Source: the human T2T-CHM13v2.0 reference genome, Homo sapiens. Taken from it: a DNA stretch of 64,000 bases. Of this stretch, positions 13,994-26,480 are shown piece after piece. The notes below the pieces were generated by a model, which was given only the letters and a program-made list of their open reading frames with translations, was not told where the DNA came from and made no database searches. The stretch lies in the NCBI RefSeq assembly GCF_009914755.1, contig NC_060925.1, one strand, 5' to 3'. The stretch's first letter is position 1; each line of letters opens with the position of its first letter. Both the position numbers and the translations under genes were made by a program.

Positions 13994-15071
13994 TATTGAG
14001 GGAACCTACCCCCAATATTTCAACATAAGTTCTTTCTATTCTCCATAAATGTTGGCCAGCTGAGAAATAGAGACAGTACAAAGAGAGGAATTTTACAGCT
14101 GGGCCACCGGGGGTGACATCACATATCAGGAGGACCGTGATGCCCACCTGAGTCTCAGATCAGCAAGTTTTTATTAAGAGTTTCAAAAGGGGAGGGGTAT
14201 AAGAACAGGGAGCAGGTACAAAGATCATATGCTTCAAAAGGCAAAAAGCAGAAATACTAGTAAATATCTAACAAAGATCAGACGCTTCTAAGGGAACAGG
14301 ACAAAGGAAAAAAGCAGAAGAACTGATAAGGGTCCAACAAAGATCACAGGGCAAAGGGCAAAAACAGAACCACTGATAAGGGTCTATGTTCAGGGTGCAC
14401 ATATTGTCTTGATAAACATCTTAAACAACAAAAAACAGGGTTCGAGAGCAGAGAACCAGTCTGACTACAAATTTACCAGGGCGGAGTTTTTCCCCACCCT
14501 AGTAAGCCTGAGGGTACTGCAGGAGACCAGGGCATATCTCAGTCCTTATCTCAACCACATAAGACAGACACTCCAAGAGCGGCCATTTATAGACGTCCCT
14601 CCAGGAATGCATTCCTTTCCCAGGGTATTAATATTAATATTCCTTGCTAGGAAAAGAATTTAGCGATACCTCTCCTACTTGCATGTCTGTTATAGGCTCT
14701 ATGCAAGAAGAAAAATATGGCTTTTTTTGCTCGACCCCACAGGCAGTCAGACCTTATGGTTGTCTTCCCTTGTTCCCTAAAAATCACTGTTATTCTGTTC
14801 GTTTTCAAGGTGCACTGATTTCATATTGTTCAAACACACGTTTTACAATCAATTTGTACAGCTAACACAATGATCACGGTGGTCCTGAGGTGAAGTACAT
14901 CCTCAGCTTATGAAGATAACAAGATTAAGAGATTAAAGTAAAGACAGGCATAAGAAATTATAAAAGTATTATTTGGGAACTGATAAATGTCCATGAAATC
15001 TTCACAATTTATGTTCCTCTGCCGCGGCTCTAGCCGGTCCCTCCATTCAGGGTCCCTGACTTCCCGCAACA
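13994..15071 (-). mobile_element. MER11 (MER11B/C-like; HERV-K11/HML-8) complete solo LTR
   Basis: Right end is the reverse complement of TGTTGCGGGAAGTCAGGGACCC; about 1.08 kb; perfect 6-bp TSD tttagt (13988-13993 / 15072-15077), the length expected for ERVK. Confidence 0.93.
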
Positions 15072-15334
15072 TTTAGTAACCTCTGGAATAATGTATCCTG
15101 TTTATCTACCTAAATAAATAGAGGTGTAGGGTTCTAGAGAGCTAATATCAATAAAATATTATGCCATCTTAAAACATTTCCCCTTGATTCCAGTGGGTAA
15201 CATGAGTGCCAAGCTTTCATCCCACCCATGGTAATCTCCATTATTCATGAGGTTCTTAGATACCCTGAGGCTCTGCAACATATCCATTCAGAATATGGGA
15301 GCTACTTAGCACTGAAATGTAAATTTAAATTACT

Positions 15335-15621
15335 TTTTTTTTTTGACAGTCTCGCTCTGTCGCCAAGGCTGGAGTGCAGTGGCACAATCTCAGCTCACTG
15401 CAACCTCCGCCTCCCAGGTTCAAGTGATTCTCTTGCTGCAGTCTCCTGAGTAGCTGAGACTACAGGCATGTGCCACCACGCCTGGCTAATTTTTTGTATT
15501 TTTAGTAGAGACAGGGTTTTACTGTGTTAACCAGGATGTTCTTTATCTCCTGACCTGGTGATCCACCTGCCTCGGCCTCCCAAACTGCTGGGATTACAGG
15601 CATAAGCCACCACGCCCAGCC
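15335..15621 (-). mobile_element. AluS (Sc/Sg-like)
   Basis: Full antisense Alu dimer with poly-T head. Confidence 0.93.
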
Positions 15622-15624
15622 CTA

Positions 15625-17850
15625 AATCTACAAATATTAATAGAACATTTGGTAATATTTCAAAAACTGTGGTAAAAACAAAGCTGACATATAACACATC
15701 TAGAAAAGTCACTATATACGGCATACAAAATGATTTGTATAAAAATATGTATACATGCAAAATTCTATTATATTTCTATATCAACAATTAACAACACTAA
15801 ATAAATTTTTAAAATAATAAAGTTTGAAATTGCATTTATAAACAATCGTTTAGGCAAAGTCTAAGAAGAAAGAAAACATCTTCATTGAGACTAATAGGAC
15901 AGTATTGACATGAATAAAATTTGACTTATGCAAAGAGAGATATATCATAATTATGGTTTAGAATATTCAATATTATAAAGTTGTTAATTATCCTATAAGG
16001 TTCATTTTGCATATGTTGCCCAGCTGATCCTAAAATACATATGGAAATGAAAATAAACCAGAATAGTGAAAACAATTTGAGGAAAAGAACAAACCTGGAG
16101 GACTTAAACTAATAGATATCAAACACTGTTAATTTAGAGTAAGTCAGGCAATATGTTATAAGCACAGGATAGAAACCTTATCAGTGGAATGAAATGGAGA
16201 GCCTGGAAAAAGATTCAGACATAGAGATAACCTGATTTATGAGATATGTAATGCTACAGCTCATAGAAAAAAACTTAACCTTGTCATTAAATTTTGCTGT
16301 CTTTGACTATCAATAGGGAAAAATAGTGCATTGGTCCCTATCTTTCACCACAATTACAAATTTAACGCAGATGGATAGTAGTTCTAAATGTCACCAGCAA
16401 AGCTATAAATCTTGCAGATAAAAGCACAGGAGATCACATCAGCAACCTGGGAGGTGGCAAACATTTTTGAAAAACAACACAAAAAGCATTACCCACAGAA
16501 GAAAAAAGTATCTGGGTTATGTTAAAATCAAACATTTTTTTATGAAGAAATACTGTCCAGAGAGCAATAGGGCGGCACACAAAATAGTAGGAGATATTTA
16601 CCATGTATATATACAATTTAGGACTCATATCCAGAATATATAGTAAGAATATATATAAAATATAAAAAAGAATAAATAACAGAATATACATGAACTATTA
16701 TAATTTGAAAGGATAAGTAAATATTCAACAAAATTTACCCCAAAGGCTTAAAAATATATTTTACAAAATTATATATATGCATATATATGTGCGTATATAT
16801 TATATATATATATATTTGGCCAATAACACACAAAAAGTGGCTCAACTTATTAGTTATTAGGAAAATTAAATTGAAGTTGGTATTATTAAATATACACTGT
16901 AATAATTATAATAACGATAGAGCAAAAATATTGAATGCATTTTCAAACTGATGAGAGTTTAAATTGTCAAAAATATCTACGAAACACTCTTTCTTTTTTT
17001 TTTTTTTTTGAGGCAGAGTCTCTGCCGCCCAGGCTGGCATGCAGTTGTGCATTTTCAGCTAACTGCAACCTCCGCCTCCTGGGTTCAAGCGATGCTCCTG
17101 CCTCAGCTTCCCAAGTAGCTGGAATTACAGGCACACACTACCACACCCGGCTAATTTTTGTATTTTTGTAGAGACAGAGTTTCACCATTTTGGCCAAAGT
17201 GTTCTTGAACTCCTGATCTGAAGTGATCCACCTGTCTAGACCTCCCAAAGTGCTGGGATTACAGGTGTGAGCTACCACGCCCAGCCTAGAAACACTCTTT
17301 GGCATATCTACTAAAACTGAAAATGTACTCAGTGAGGAACTAGTACATCTACTACTAGGTGTGTGCCCAACAGATTTTCATACAGTTTTTAAGGCATGCA
17401 TTAGAATGTTTATAGAAGCAGTCCTATTGATGGTCCTAACTGAAAACTGTACAACACCTATTATCAACATTAAAATTTATAAATTTATTGTGATATAGTT
17501 GCATAATGACACTTTCAGAGAATCATGGAAGAATCTCACAAACCTATGGTGAACCAAAACAACCAGACACCAAATAGTACACACTGTTGTATTTTAATAT
17601 TTTATTTTTAAGTACAAAAACTGGCCAAACAAGTCAATGCTGTTAGAATTTAGGATGTGTTTTTTTCAGAAAGGAATGGCAGATTGCACGTGGATAGGGG
17701 TATTAGGGAGGCTTTTTGTGGTACAGATAAAGTTCTGCTTCTCAGCCTGGGTGTTATTATCTAGGTGCGTTTAATTTGGGAAAACTCACCAACATATTTG
17801 CATTTATCGTATGTGCACTTATAGTCATGAATATATTATTTGAATACAAA
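15625..17850 (+). mobile_element. Old L1M (L1ME-like) ORF2 remnant and 3' UTR, interrupted by an Alu
   Basis: 'cagctgatcctaaaatacatatggaaatg', 'gaacaaacctggaggactta', 'ggactcatatccagaatatata', 'gaagaatctcacaaac'. Confidence 0.7.
16993..17286 (-). mobile_element. AluSx/Sz-like
   Basis: Full antisense Alu; TSD gaaacactcttt (16981-16992 / 17289-17300). Confidence 0.95.
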
Positions 17851-18292
17851 ATGTGTTAATACTTAACTAACAAGTAAACAGTAGCAGGTAATTTAATGAT
17901 GATCAAGAAGAAAAGAAAATGAAATTTGATACAAATAAGTAGTTGAGGGATAATTTATCAATGTACAGAGTAACACAGGAATAATAAAGTAATTCTTCAA
18001 GTAAACAGACTTTAAAAAACTTTACGAATTCTCCCAGTGTAGTAATTCCAGGCCAAAAGAAAAAGAAAATGATGTAGTACATGTAATTTTAGTAGCCATT
18101 TATTAGTATAATTTTACATTTCCTTATTACTGGCACAACCCTGTGGAAAGCAAATTGACTTTTGAGAAGAATTATTTTGTTTTGAACCTCCCCTCCAAAA
18201 GACTCCCAGAAAGGAAAGTTCTTGCACAAACATGTTCACTATAAAGTGTATTTCTCATAACAAATCTTGAAAGCAACACAAAAGTCTTACTT

Positions 18293-18432
18293 CAGTGATA
18301 CGGTAGAGCCAACTCAAACTGCATCCGGGGAGCAGATAGTGACCACTTCTTCACAAGTTCACGTCAGTGACATCATGTTGGTAGCCCTAGTCTTTGAAAT
18401 GCTGGCTATTAACAGTTACAGCACACCAACTA
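18293..18432 (+). mobile_element. MER63A-like hAT DNA transposon remnant
   Basis: 'cagtgata...gagcc', 'tcagtgacatcatgttggtagc', terminal 'ttacagcacacca'. Confidence 0.6.
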
Positions 18433-19736
18433 GATGAAAATATTTTTTTTCCTAGCACATGTCTGCAATATTAAAGAGCAGTTAAAATTAAGTTTGAGTC
18501 TATACTCTTAAATTTATACTATTCTGCTTAAAATTGTTTCATTACCATTAATTTTTATATTGCCATTCAATTGTAAATATAGATGATAATAGTTAAAATG
18601 ATACATGAGAGGAAAAAAGTAAAGGGAATGCAATATGTTAATCTCAAAAGATGCAATTTTATGACTGTTATGCTTTCCTATAGTTTTAAACTATTAAAAA
18701 TATCCTATCATAAAATTTTAAAATATAATGAAATGCATTAACATTTTTAATTCATTCAGAATAACTACAAATTAGAATCTTTTATAATTTGTATTTATTA
18801 TGAAAATAAGATGTAATAAGTCTGAAGTTTATATTATCTAAAGCATGTTACTAAAAGTACTGTCAATATCAATCTTCATTTTAAAAGTCCTAATTTACTG
18901 TATTGTTTGAAATAATAGAATATATGTTTCATTTGAAACACTTCTACAGTTTTTCTTAACAGAAAGACAATAAAATAGGATTGAAATGCACGTTGTTAAT
19001 AAAATTCAAGTGATATCTGTAACACAGCAAAGAGAATTTAATTAATTAATTACAAACTTGTGAACATTGTTGTAGGTATCCTATATATAGCATTACTCTT
19101 TGACATTTATATTTCAAATGCAATATAAAAAACTACCATACCAAACAAAAGTATAAGCATAGAAACCCAGGAGAGTTTCTATTGCTACACAATAGCAAAG
19201 CAAGCAATCAAATATTATATGGTCTTACTTGTGGCCAAGGCTATATTAATTGCAATACCACATGAGTTTCATTTTTCCAGTATGTCAGACAACACATGTT
19301 GTCAAATTTAGGCAGCAACAGAGTTAATTGGATAAAATATTGGATTTGTTTATGTATTTGCTGCTTGATTTTTTTTGGCTTATTTTGTGAGTCATACTCT
19401 AGAAATTTTAGTTTTAATATACAATGTAATAAATTTTAATAAGGCTCCATTTTGAAAGTGGAAGAACTTTATGCACAGAAAATTTTATCTGTTGCTCCAG
19501 TGAAAATAAAATTATTGTAATATATCTTTTTTAGAGTAATGTGGTGAATTGTGAACTAATCATGTTTCTACAAGCAAATAAAAATAAAAATAAAAATAGA
19601 TCCAATATATTATAAAAGTTTCAGGGATAGGATAGTACACTTGTAAGTCTAAAGCATTATGATTCAGTTAAATTTTCAACATAAGACTGACTTCCCACAA
19701 GAATACCATTTAATAATGTATTGCCCAAATAGATAC

Positions 19737-19767
19737 TTTTTCTATGAGATTGACTTTTATCTTATCA

Positions 19768-19798
<31 letters not shown>

Positions 19799-20252
19799 AC
19801 TTTTAAGTTCTTGGGTACATGTGCATGCTGCTATGAAGACACATGCACAGGTATGTTTATTGCGGCACTATTCACAATAGCAAAGACCTGGAATCAACCC
19901 AAATGTCCAATAATGATAGACTGGATTAAGAAAATGTGGCACATATACACCATGGAATACTATGCAGCCATAAAAAATGATGAGTTCATGTCCTTTGTAG
20001 GGACATGGATGAAGCTGGAAACCATCATTCTCAGCAAACTATCACAAGGACAAAAAACCAAACATCACATGTTCTCACTCATAGGTGGGAATTGAACAAT
20101 GAGAACACTTGGACACAGGAAGGGGGACATCACACACTGGGGCCTGTTGTGCGGTGGTGGGAGGGGGGAGGGATAGCATTAGGAGATATACCTAATGTAA
20201 ATGACGAGTTAATGGGTGCAGCACTCCAACATGGCACATGTATACATATGTA
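19737..20252 (-). mobile_element. 5'-truncated, 5'-inverted L1PA (PA4/5-like)
   Basis: An antisense L1 terminus ((TTA)n-tatacttttaagttcttgggtacatgtgca) is joined to a plus-strand ORF2 C-terminus/3'UTR (MFIAALFTIAKTWNQPKCP...); TSD ccaaatagatac at 19725-19736 / 20253-20264. Confidence 0.92.
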
Positions 20253-20761
20253 CCAAATAGATACCTTTAAGTATACATTTGCCTCAATATTTCTTTAGGA
20301 AATCCTTTAACGCCTCGTTTCATCCCCTCTAGCACCTTTTAGTCTACATTATGGACCACTTGAAATTGAAAGTCAAGTCGTGCTCTCAGAGGTCACCGTT
20401 AAATGTAAGAAAAAAGCAGGTTTTATTTCATCACCAAGAACAGCAGCAAAAAATGCTCTGATGTATGGTTTCCAGTTCAGATTCACAATAATTAATTGAG
20501 CAATTTCCTCGCATGGTAGATATAATTTCAAACCATTGCTGATAAAAAGTGGTATCGGGGTTTTCATTTTCCCAGTCTTATCTTATTTGGAAAAATAAAT
20601 CAGACTTGTGTATCCAGATTTATAACATACCAGATTAAAACAAAACAAAAAAGCAAACAAACATTATTAACCAGAACACATAAAGAGACTCTGGTTCAAT
20701 TTTTCTTTTTAATTTTATAAATAGCTGAGTTCAGGAGAAATTAGAAGTCACCAAGGCCTTA

Positions 20762-21257
<496 letters not shown>

Positions 21258-21479
21258 CACCCCAACAATGCAAGGAGACTCAAAGAAATTAATGATCACA
21301 GGCTGGGTTTGTGATGAAAGGAAAACAAATCTCTGGAAAAGTTTCATTTACAAGCTTGCCTTCACGTAAAATTTCTATTCCCTGCCTGGTTTCTGAAAAG
21401 CTAAACCAAAATTTCAGTCATTCTGTATTTATATCAAAGTATGAATATCACACAAATTGTTTTGACTTTGACAAAAATT

Positions 21480-22260
21480 ATTTAGATGTCAAACAGCAAA
21501 GATAACTAAAAAAATAGAAAATGGATTTAGGAATTAAATAATATACTAAAAAAATCACTCTCAGATTGGAAAGACTAAATTACAATGGAAATTAAAACTT
21601 AGAACTGAAAAGTAAATTATAGTACACATACCACAATTTATCACATGCCATCAAAATTTAGTATTAAATATTTACAATATAGAATAAAAATCACAAACTA
21701 AGTCACAATTTAATAAATAGGAAATTAAAAACAATAAGTAAAAAAAAATTAGAGAAAATAAACGAAAAGGCTACAAAATAATGCGATAGAAAACAAACGA
21801 AAAATTCAGTCTCCAAAAACCTAACAGTTTTCTTGAAAAAATAATAAAGCAGAAAACTTCCTACCATGATTGAGCAAGATTTATGCAGGATACAAGGATA
21901 AATATAATTACTCAGTAAAAATAAAGATACATTCAAAATTTTAAAGTGAGACAACTGTGAACACATTTTTGAACAATTTTCTTGAAAAATATAAATTCCC
22001 CAAAGTGATACAGAAATACTGCAGGCAATAGACTCTGAAACATAAAAACAGTGATTAAAACTCAACAGACACAGGCACACACAACAAAATCATCAAATAA
22101 TTTTATATATGGATTATAGAAACAACCGATCATAATTTAATATTTAAACCAATTCCGGTCATAGCAAATAACATCACTCCTGAACTCATTATATGGAACT
22201 ACTATATCTTTACCAAGCAAGAAGAGCCTACGAAAAGCAAATCAAAACCAAAAGCTATTT
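21480..22260 (+). mobile_element. Very old L1M ORF2 fragment
   Basis: A-rich strand with 'cttgaaaaatataaattccccaaagtgatacagaa' and 'ctcctgaactcattatatgga', resembling L1 ORF2. Confidence 0.5.
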
Positions 22261-22420
22261 ATTTTGCCATAAGATAGTAATATTTTGTAAATGTTGTATT
22301 TTCTAGGCATTTACAGGCATTCTATTTTGTTTGTGTTAGCTGGGTTCAGTATTTATTAATTTTAATTCAAGAATAAAATATTTTTATTATAAAAAAACTT
22401 CTATATACGTTGTGGGGGGT

Positions 22421-22577
22421 GTGAGGGAAAGTGCGAGCAGACAACTAGAGTGGTAAACAGTCATGGGGTATTTGTGCATCTTAGCAATTTAAAGCTTTAG
22501 CTTTCACCATAGCACAGGGAATAGACAAAGCTTTAAACCACTAACTTAGGGTGAGTTGAACCTACTGAGACACCCTC
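22421..22577 (+). repeat. Copy 2 of the ~155-bp diverged direct repeat
   Basis: Shares gtgagggaaag, gtggtaaacagtcatgggg, cttagcaatttaa, cagggaata, ccactaac and caccctc with 21102-21257. Confidence 0.9.
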
Positions 22578-22707
22578 ATACAAAATTTGTGTATCTTTCA
22601 CAAATCTTGATCAATCATGGTAGGAATTTTCCTGGTTTTTTGTTTTTGTTTTTGTTTTCACAAGCTGTCTGTGTTTTGCACACTGAATTTTTCATTTGTT
22701 ATATATA

Positions 22708-23075
22708 CAGTGTTCCCTCAGTATCCATGGGGTATTAGTTCCAGGACCCCCTGCAGATACCAAAATCCATGGATGCTCAAGTCCCATTTATAAAATAATG
22801 TAGTATTTGCATATAACCTATGCACATCCTCAGGTATACTTACATATTACTTAAATAAGCTTAAATATACTTTAAATGATGTCTAGATTACTTATAATAC
22901 TTAATGAAATGCTTATATATCACTTAATTCACATGAATTCAGTACAATTTATAAAGCCTGGTAATTTCAAGTTTTACTTTGTGGAACTTGTAGAATATTT
23001 TTCTTTCTGAATAATTTTGATTCAGGGTTTACTGACTCCATCATTGTGGAACTCACTAATACAGAGAGTTCACTG
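22708..23075 (+). mobile_element. MER2 DNA transposon (TcMar-Tigger)
   Basis: 'cagtgttccctcagtatccatgggg...ccaggacccc...gataccaaaatccatggatgctcaagtccc...gtatttgcatataacctatgcacatcctc'; TA on the left flank. Confidence 0.88.
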
Positions 23076-23084
23076 TGTATGTAT

Positions 23085-23095
23085 AGATAGATAGG

Positions 23096-23139
<44 letters not shown>

Positions 23140-23147
23140 AAGATAGA
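23085..23147. repeat. (AGAT)n tetranucleotide STR
   Basis: About 15 AGAT-type units with AGGT/AAAG variants. Confidence 0.95.
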
Positions 23148-23759
23148 CATAGTTTTTCTAAGAGAAAATATATAGTTAAGAATATGTTTTTTATCTCTTG
23201 CTATAAGATCTCCCAATATAAAATAGTGTTCAAATCAGAAAGAGTTACATTAAAAAAATTGGCTTTAGTTTTTTAATTTTCTTACTACTCCTATCTATGT
23301 ACCTTATTATCATAACAATTTTCTGCTTTGTTCTGTTAGGCATTGTTTTTAGACTTTCTAAGTAGGTCTTAGTTTTAATAATCATCCCCCCTACACATTC
23401 TTTCAATAGACGTTTCATGGGGTCTTTTTAGATATTTAGAGAGGAGAAAATAGGAAAGAAAAGCAGTTTAACCCTCAAATTTTTTTTAAGAAAGAAAGGA
23501 CAACTAATACCATAAAAATTTTGGTAATGATTCTCCTATATACTCTTACTATTGTTTCGATATAATTTACCCTCAAAAAGTCTCTCATTACACCTTCCTA
23601 TTTTCCTTGATCTCCTTGATTTAAATATGTGTAAAAATCTCTAGTCCCCAAGATGTATTGTTCTCAGGTCTCTTCCTTGGAGATAACATTCAGGAAACTG
23701 ATAATGCAGAACACAAATATTCCGTTTGTGTTTATAACGACCTTCCCTTCTGTGAGTAT

Positions 23760-24460
23760 GAATGTACCGACCAAACTCCTAGCTAAGTCCCTCCATCTGC
23801 TGGTACACTGGATTCCATCCTCTCTTGTCTAAAGAAGATCATTATCCTACTGTTTTCTTATCTTCTTCCAGCACATTTTTTTTTCCTCCTACTTGGTTTT
23901 AATTCTTAGCACACTAACATAACATATGACATTACTTCTCTTAACATAAAAAACTTGACAGTTTTTTCGTCCAACTAGTGTCCTTTTTTTCTTCATCTGT
24001 TTATAGAAAAAATCTTTGAAATAGTTTGTCTCTACATACTATCATCTATTTTACAAATCGTGTTCTCTCTTATACCCATTCCAATCACATGTTCACTTAC
24101 CTGACTCTGCCTTGTCAATGTCATTATGATTACCACACTGCTAAATCCCATGAGCATTCACTTGATCTAGGAACCTCATTACAAACAGTTGTCCAATCTC
24201 TTTCAAAAGGCTATATTCATTGGACCTCCAGGGTATACCACTTTTGTTTCAGTTTTCTTTCTATCTCTCTGGGAGTTATTAATATTTCTTAATCTCTTTT
24301 TCTGATTCTTTCTTATGTCCTTCATTTTTTAATGTTGCCATCATTAGATTCAGAATGTCTCTTTTTTTCTATTTACTTTCACTCTCTAACTGATCTCATC
24401 TAGTTTCATGATTTTATGTGCCAAAAATTTCTGAATTATAATATCCAGCTTGGGTTGCTA
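23760..24460 (+). mobile_element. L2 fragment
   Basis: 'acactggattccatcctctcttg', 'ctgctaaatccca', 'tgatctcatctagtttcatgatttta'. Confidence 0.6.
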
Positions 24461-26282
24461 TGCAGAGGACATATTTTCTTATATATTTTGAGCACCTCAG
24501 CAAGTTCTTCCCTGCAATTTAAAAATATATTTTTATATTTAAAACATATCTTTATGTTAATGCCATCTTTCTTAATGCTATGATCATCAAAGTTCTCTTG
24601 TTTGTTTGTTGGTGTGTTGGTGGGGAGGGGAAGTGTGGTTGCATGTGTGTTTGCTCATCTTTCATAAGAATCTATGCTCAAAGTTGAGCAACATAAAATT
24701 CTGTGCATTCGATTTGATCCCTATTATTGTCTTCATGAGTACTACTCCATTTCAAATCTGAAAGAACTCCCCTTTCACATCTGAAAACAATAGACTATTT
24801 TATATATTGCACCTCTAGCCAAATTTTTTATGTCAATCAGATGCATATCTAGTGTAATTTTGCCAGATTAAAGAAAAATATATTCCTGAGGCAGGAGCTT
24901 TATTTCAAGATTGTGGGTTAGAATCTTTAACTCTTCTTCCTAAATATGTGATGAAATTTTTTTTTATTTTTCAAGATATACTGCTATGTGTCCTCTTGCT
25001 TTGAGATAACATTCAGAAAACACAATACAGGACACAATTTTCCCCTTTTGTCTTTATTCTTCCTAAGTAAGCCTATAAGTAGATGTTAAAATGGAAGTAT
25101 GTGTTTCAGGGAGCAGCAGGAATATCTCTGATGAGTCAGAAAGCACTTCTCTTCAGTACATATGATGTAGATTGCATAATCAAGAGCACAGATTCTGGGG
25201 CTAAAAGAGGGAGGTATAGTGCAAGAGGAGGTTTATAAGCTTGCTTCCTTGCTGTCTCCCTTCAATGATCAAATGTGTATCAACCACTTCAGTCTGTCAG
25301 GTTGATTGACCCTAAGGGGAAATAGCTTATATTGTACCAAATCATCAGTTAGCATGCTTACTTCCTTTTTTTTCGTGAATATTCATGACAATTTGAAACA
25401 CAAGCAATGTCACTAAACTACATAGATAGTAGTACTGTAAAAGAGTATTAAACATTTTACAGCATACATTAATGATACAAAATATGTGGAAGACCAGATT
25501 AATTTGCTCCTGCTATTGAAAATAGGAGAAAAATATCAGAATCAATATTGCTAATGTGATTTTGTTTCAGTATGTTTCACACAGTTATTTATACTGCTGA
25601 AAAAAGATTTACACTGTTTCAATGATCACTATTTTTTCAAATTTCCTCCAAGATGTTTATATTCAGTAAATCCACAAGTGTGTTGAAACTTTAATAAAAT
25701 GTATGGATAAAATATGCAATTTCTGTTTGTTTCTTTGAAGACTTTCAAAGTCAAAACAAATGGAGTCTAAGCTATGCACTGTGATAGATTTACTAAAATA
25801 TTGTATCCCAATGCAGATAAAGGGCAAACTATCAGCTTACCACAGTTGTGTCTTAAGAGATAGCCAGAATTTGCTCTCACAACTTCTAAATATCTTTATA
25901 GACTTCTTCTTTATCATAAAACTTATGGTAATTTTTATTTTATTTATCATAAATCTATACTTAATTTTTTTATTAAATTACTATTATAAGGTACTGATAT
26001 TTACTGTGTTCTCAGCCATATATCCCATCTGTCTCAACACTTAGCAAATCGTTTGATCGCTAACTTGTTAAATGTATTATTAGTTACTCCTCAAATATAT
26101 AAAGGCAACCCAGCTGCATTGTATGCTAATGATAGCATTTCCTTTCAAAACTTCTTGCATGTTAATAATGAAACATAAACTAAAATAACCTCTAAAACCC
26201 AAAAAGATACTGTCCAGTATTGTGTCCTACAAAGGAATTTCTGTAATAAACCTAAGCAGTGTAATACTAATAAATATGAACA

Positions 26283-26480
26283 TGGATGCTGGAGCTAGGT
26301 TATATGTGTTTATACTTCATGCCTGTGTAATATTGAAGACATAAAACTCCCTGAGCAGCAGTTTTCTCATCTATGAATACAGCCTTTATTTTCTTTCACA
26401 GTAATTGTCTAAATTAAATGAGTTAATATATGTAAAGATCTTAGAAAAGTGTTTTGCAACTTGTAGTTCAAATATATATT
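26283..26480 (+). mobile_element. MIR SINE
   Basis: 'cagttttctcatctatgaa', 'attaaatgagttaatatatgtaaag'. Confidence 0.75.

Noticed and set aside
14409-14865. ORFs inside MER11
   Set aside because: Lie within a solo LTR; no gag/pol/env sequence is present.
19811-20298. L1 ORF2-like peptide as a gene
   Set aside because: C-terminal remnant in a truncated, inverted L1; no promoter or RT domain.
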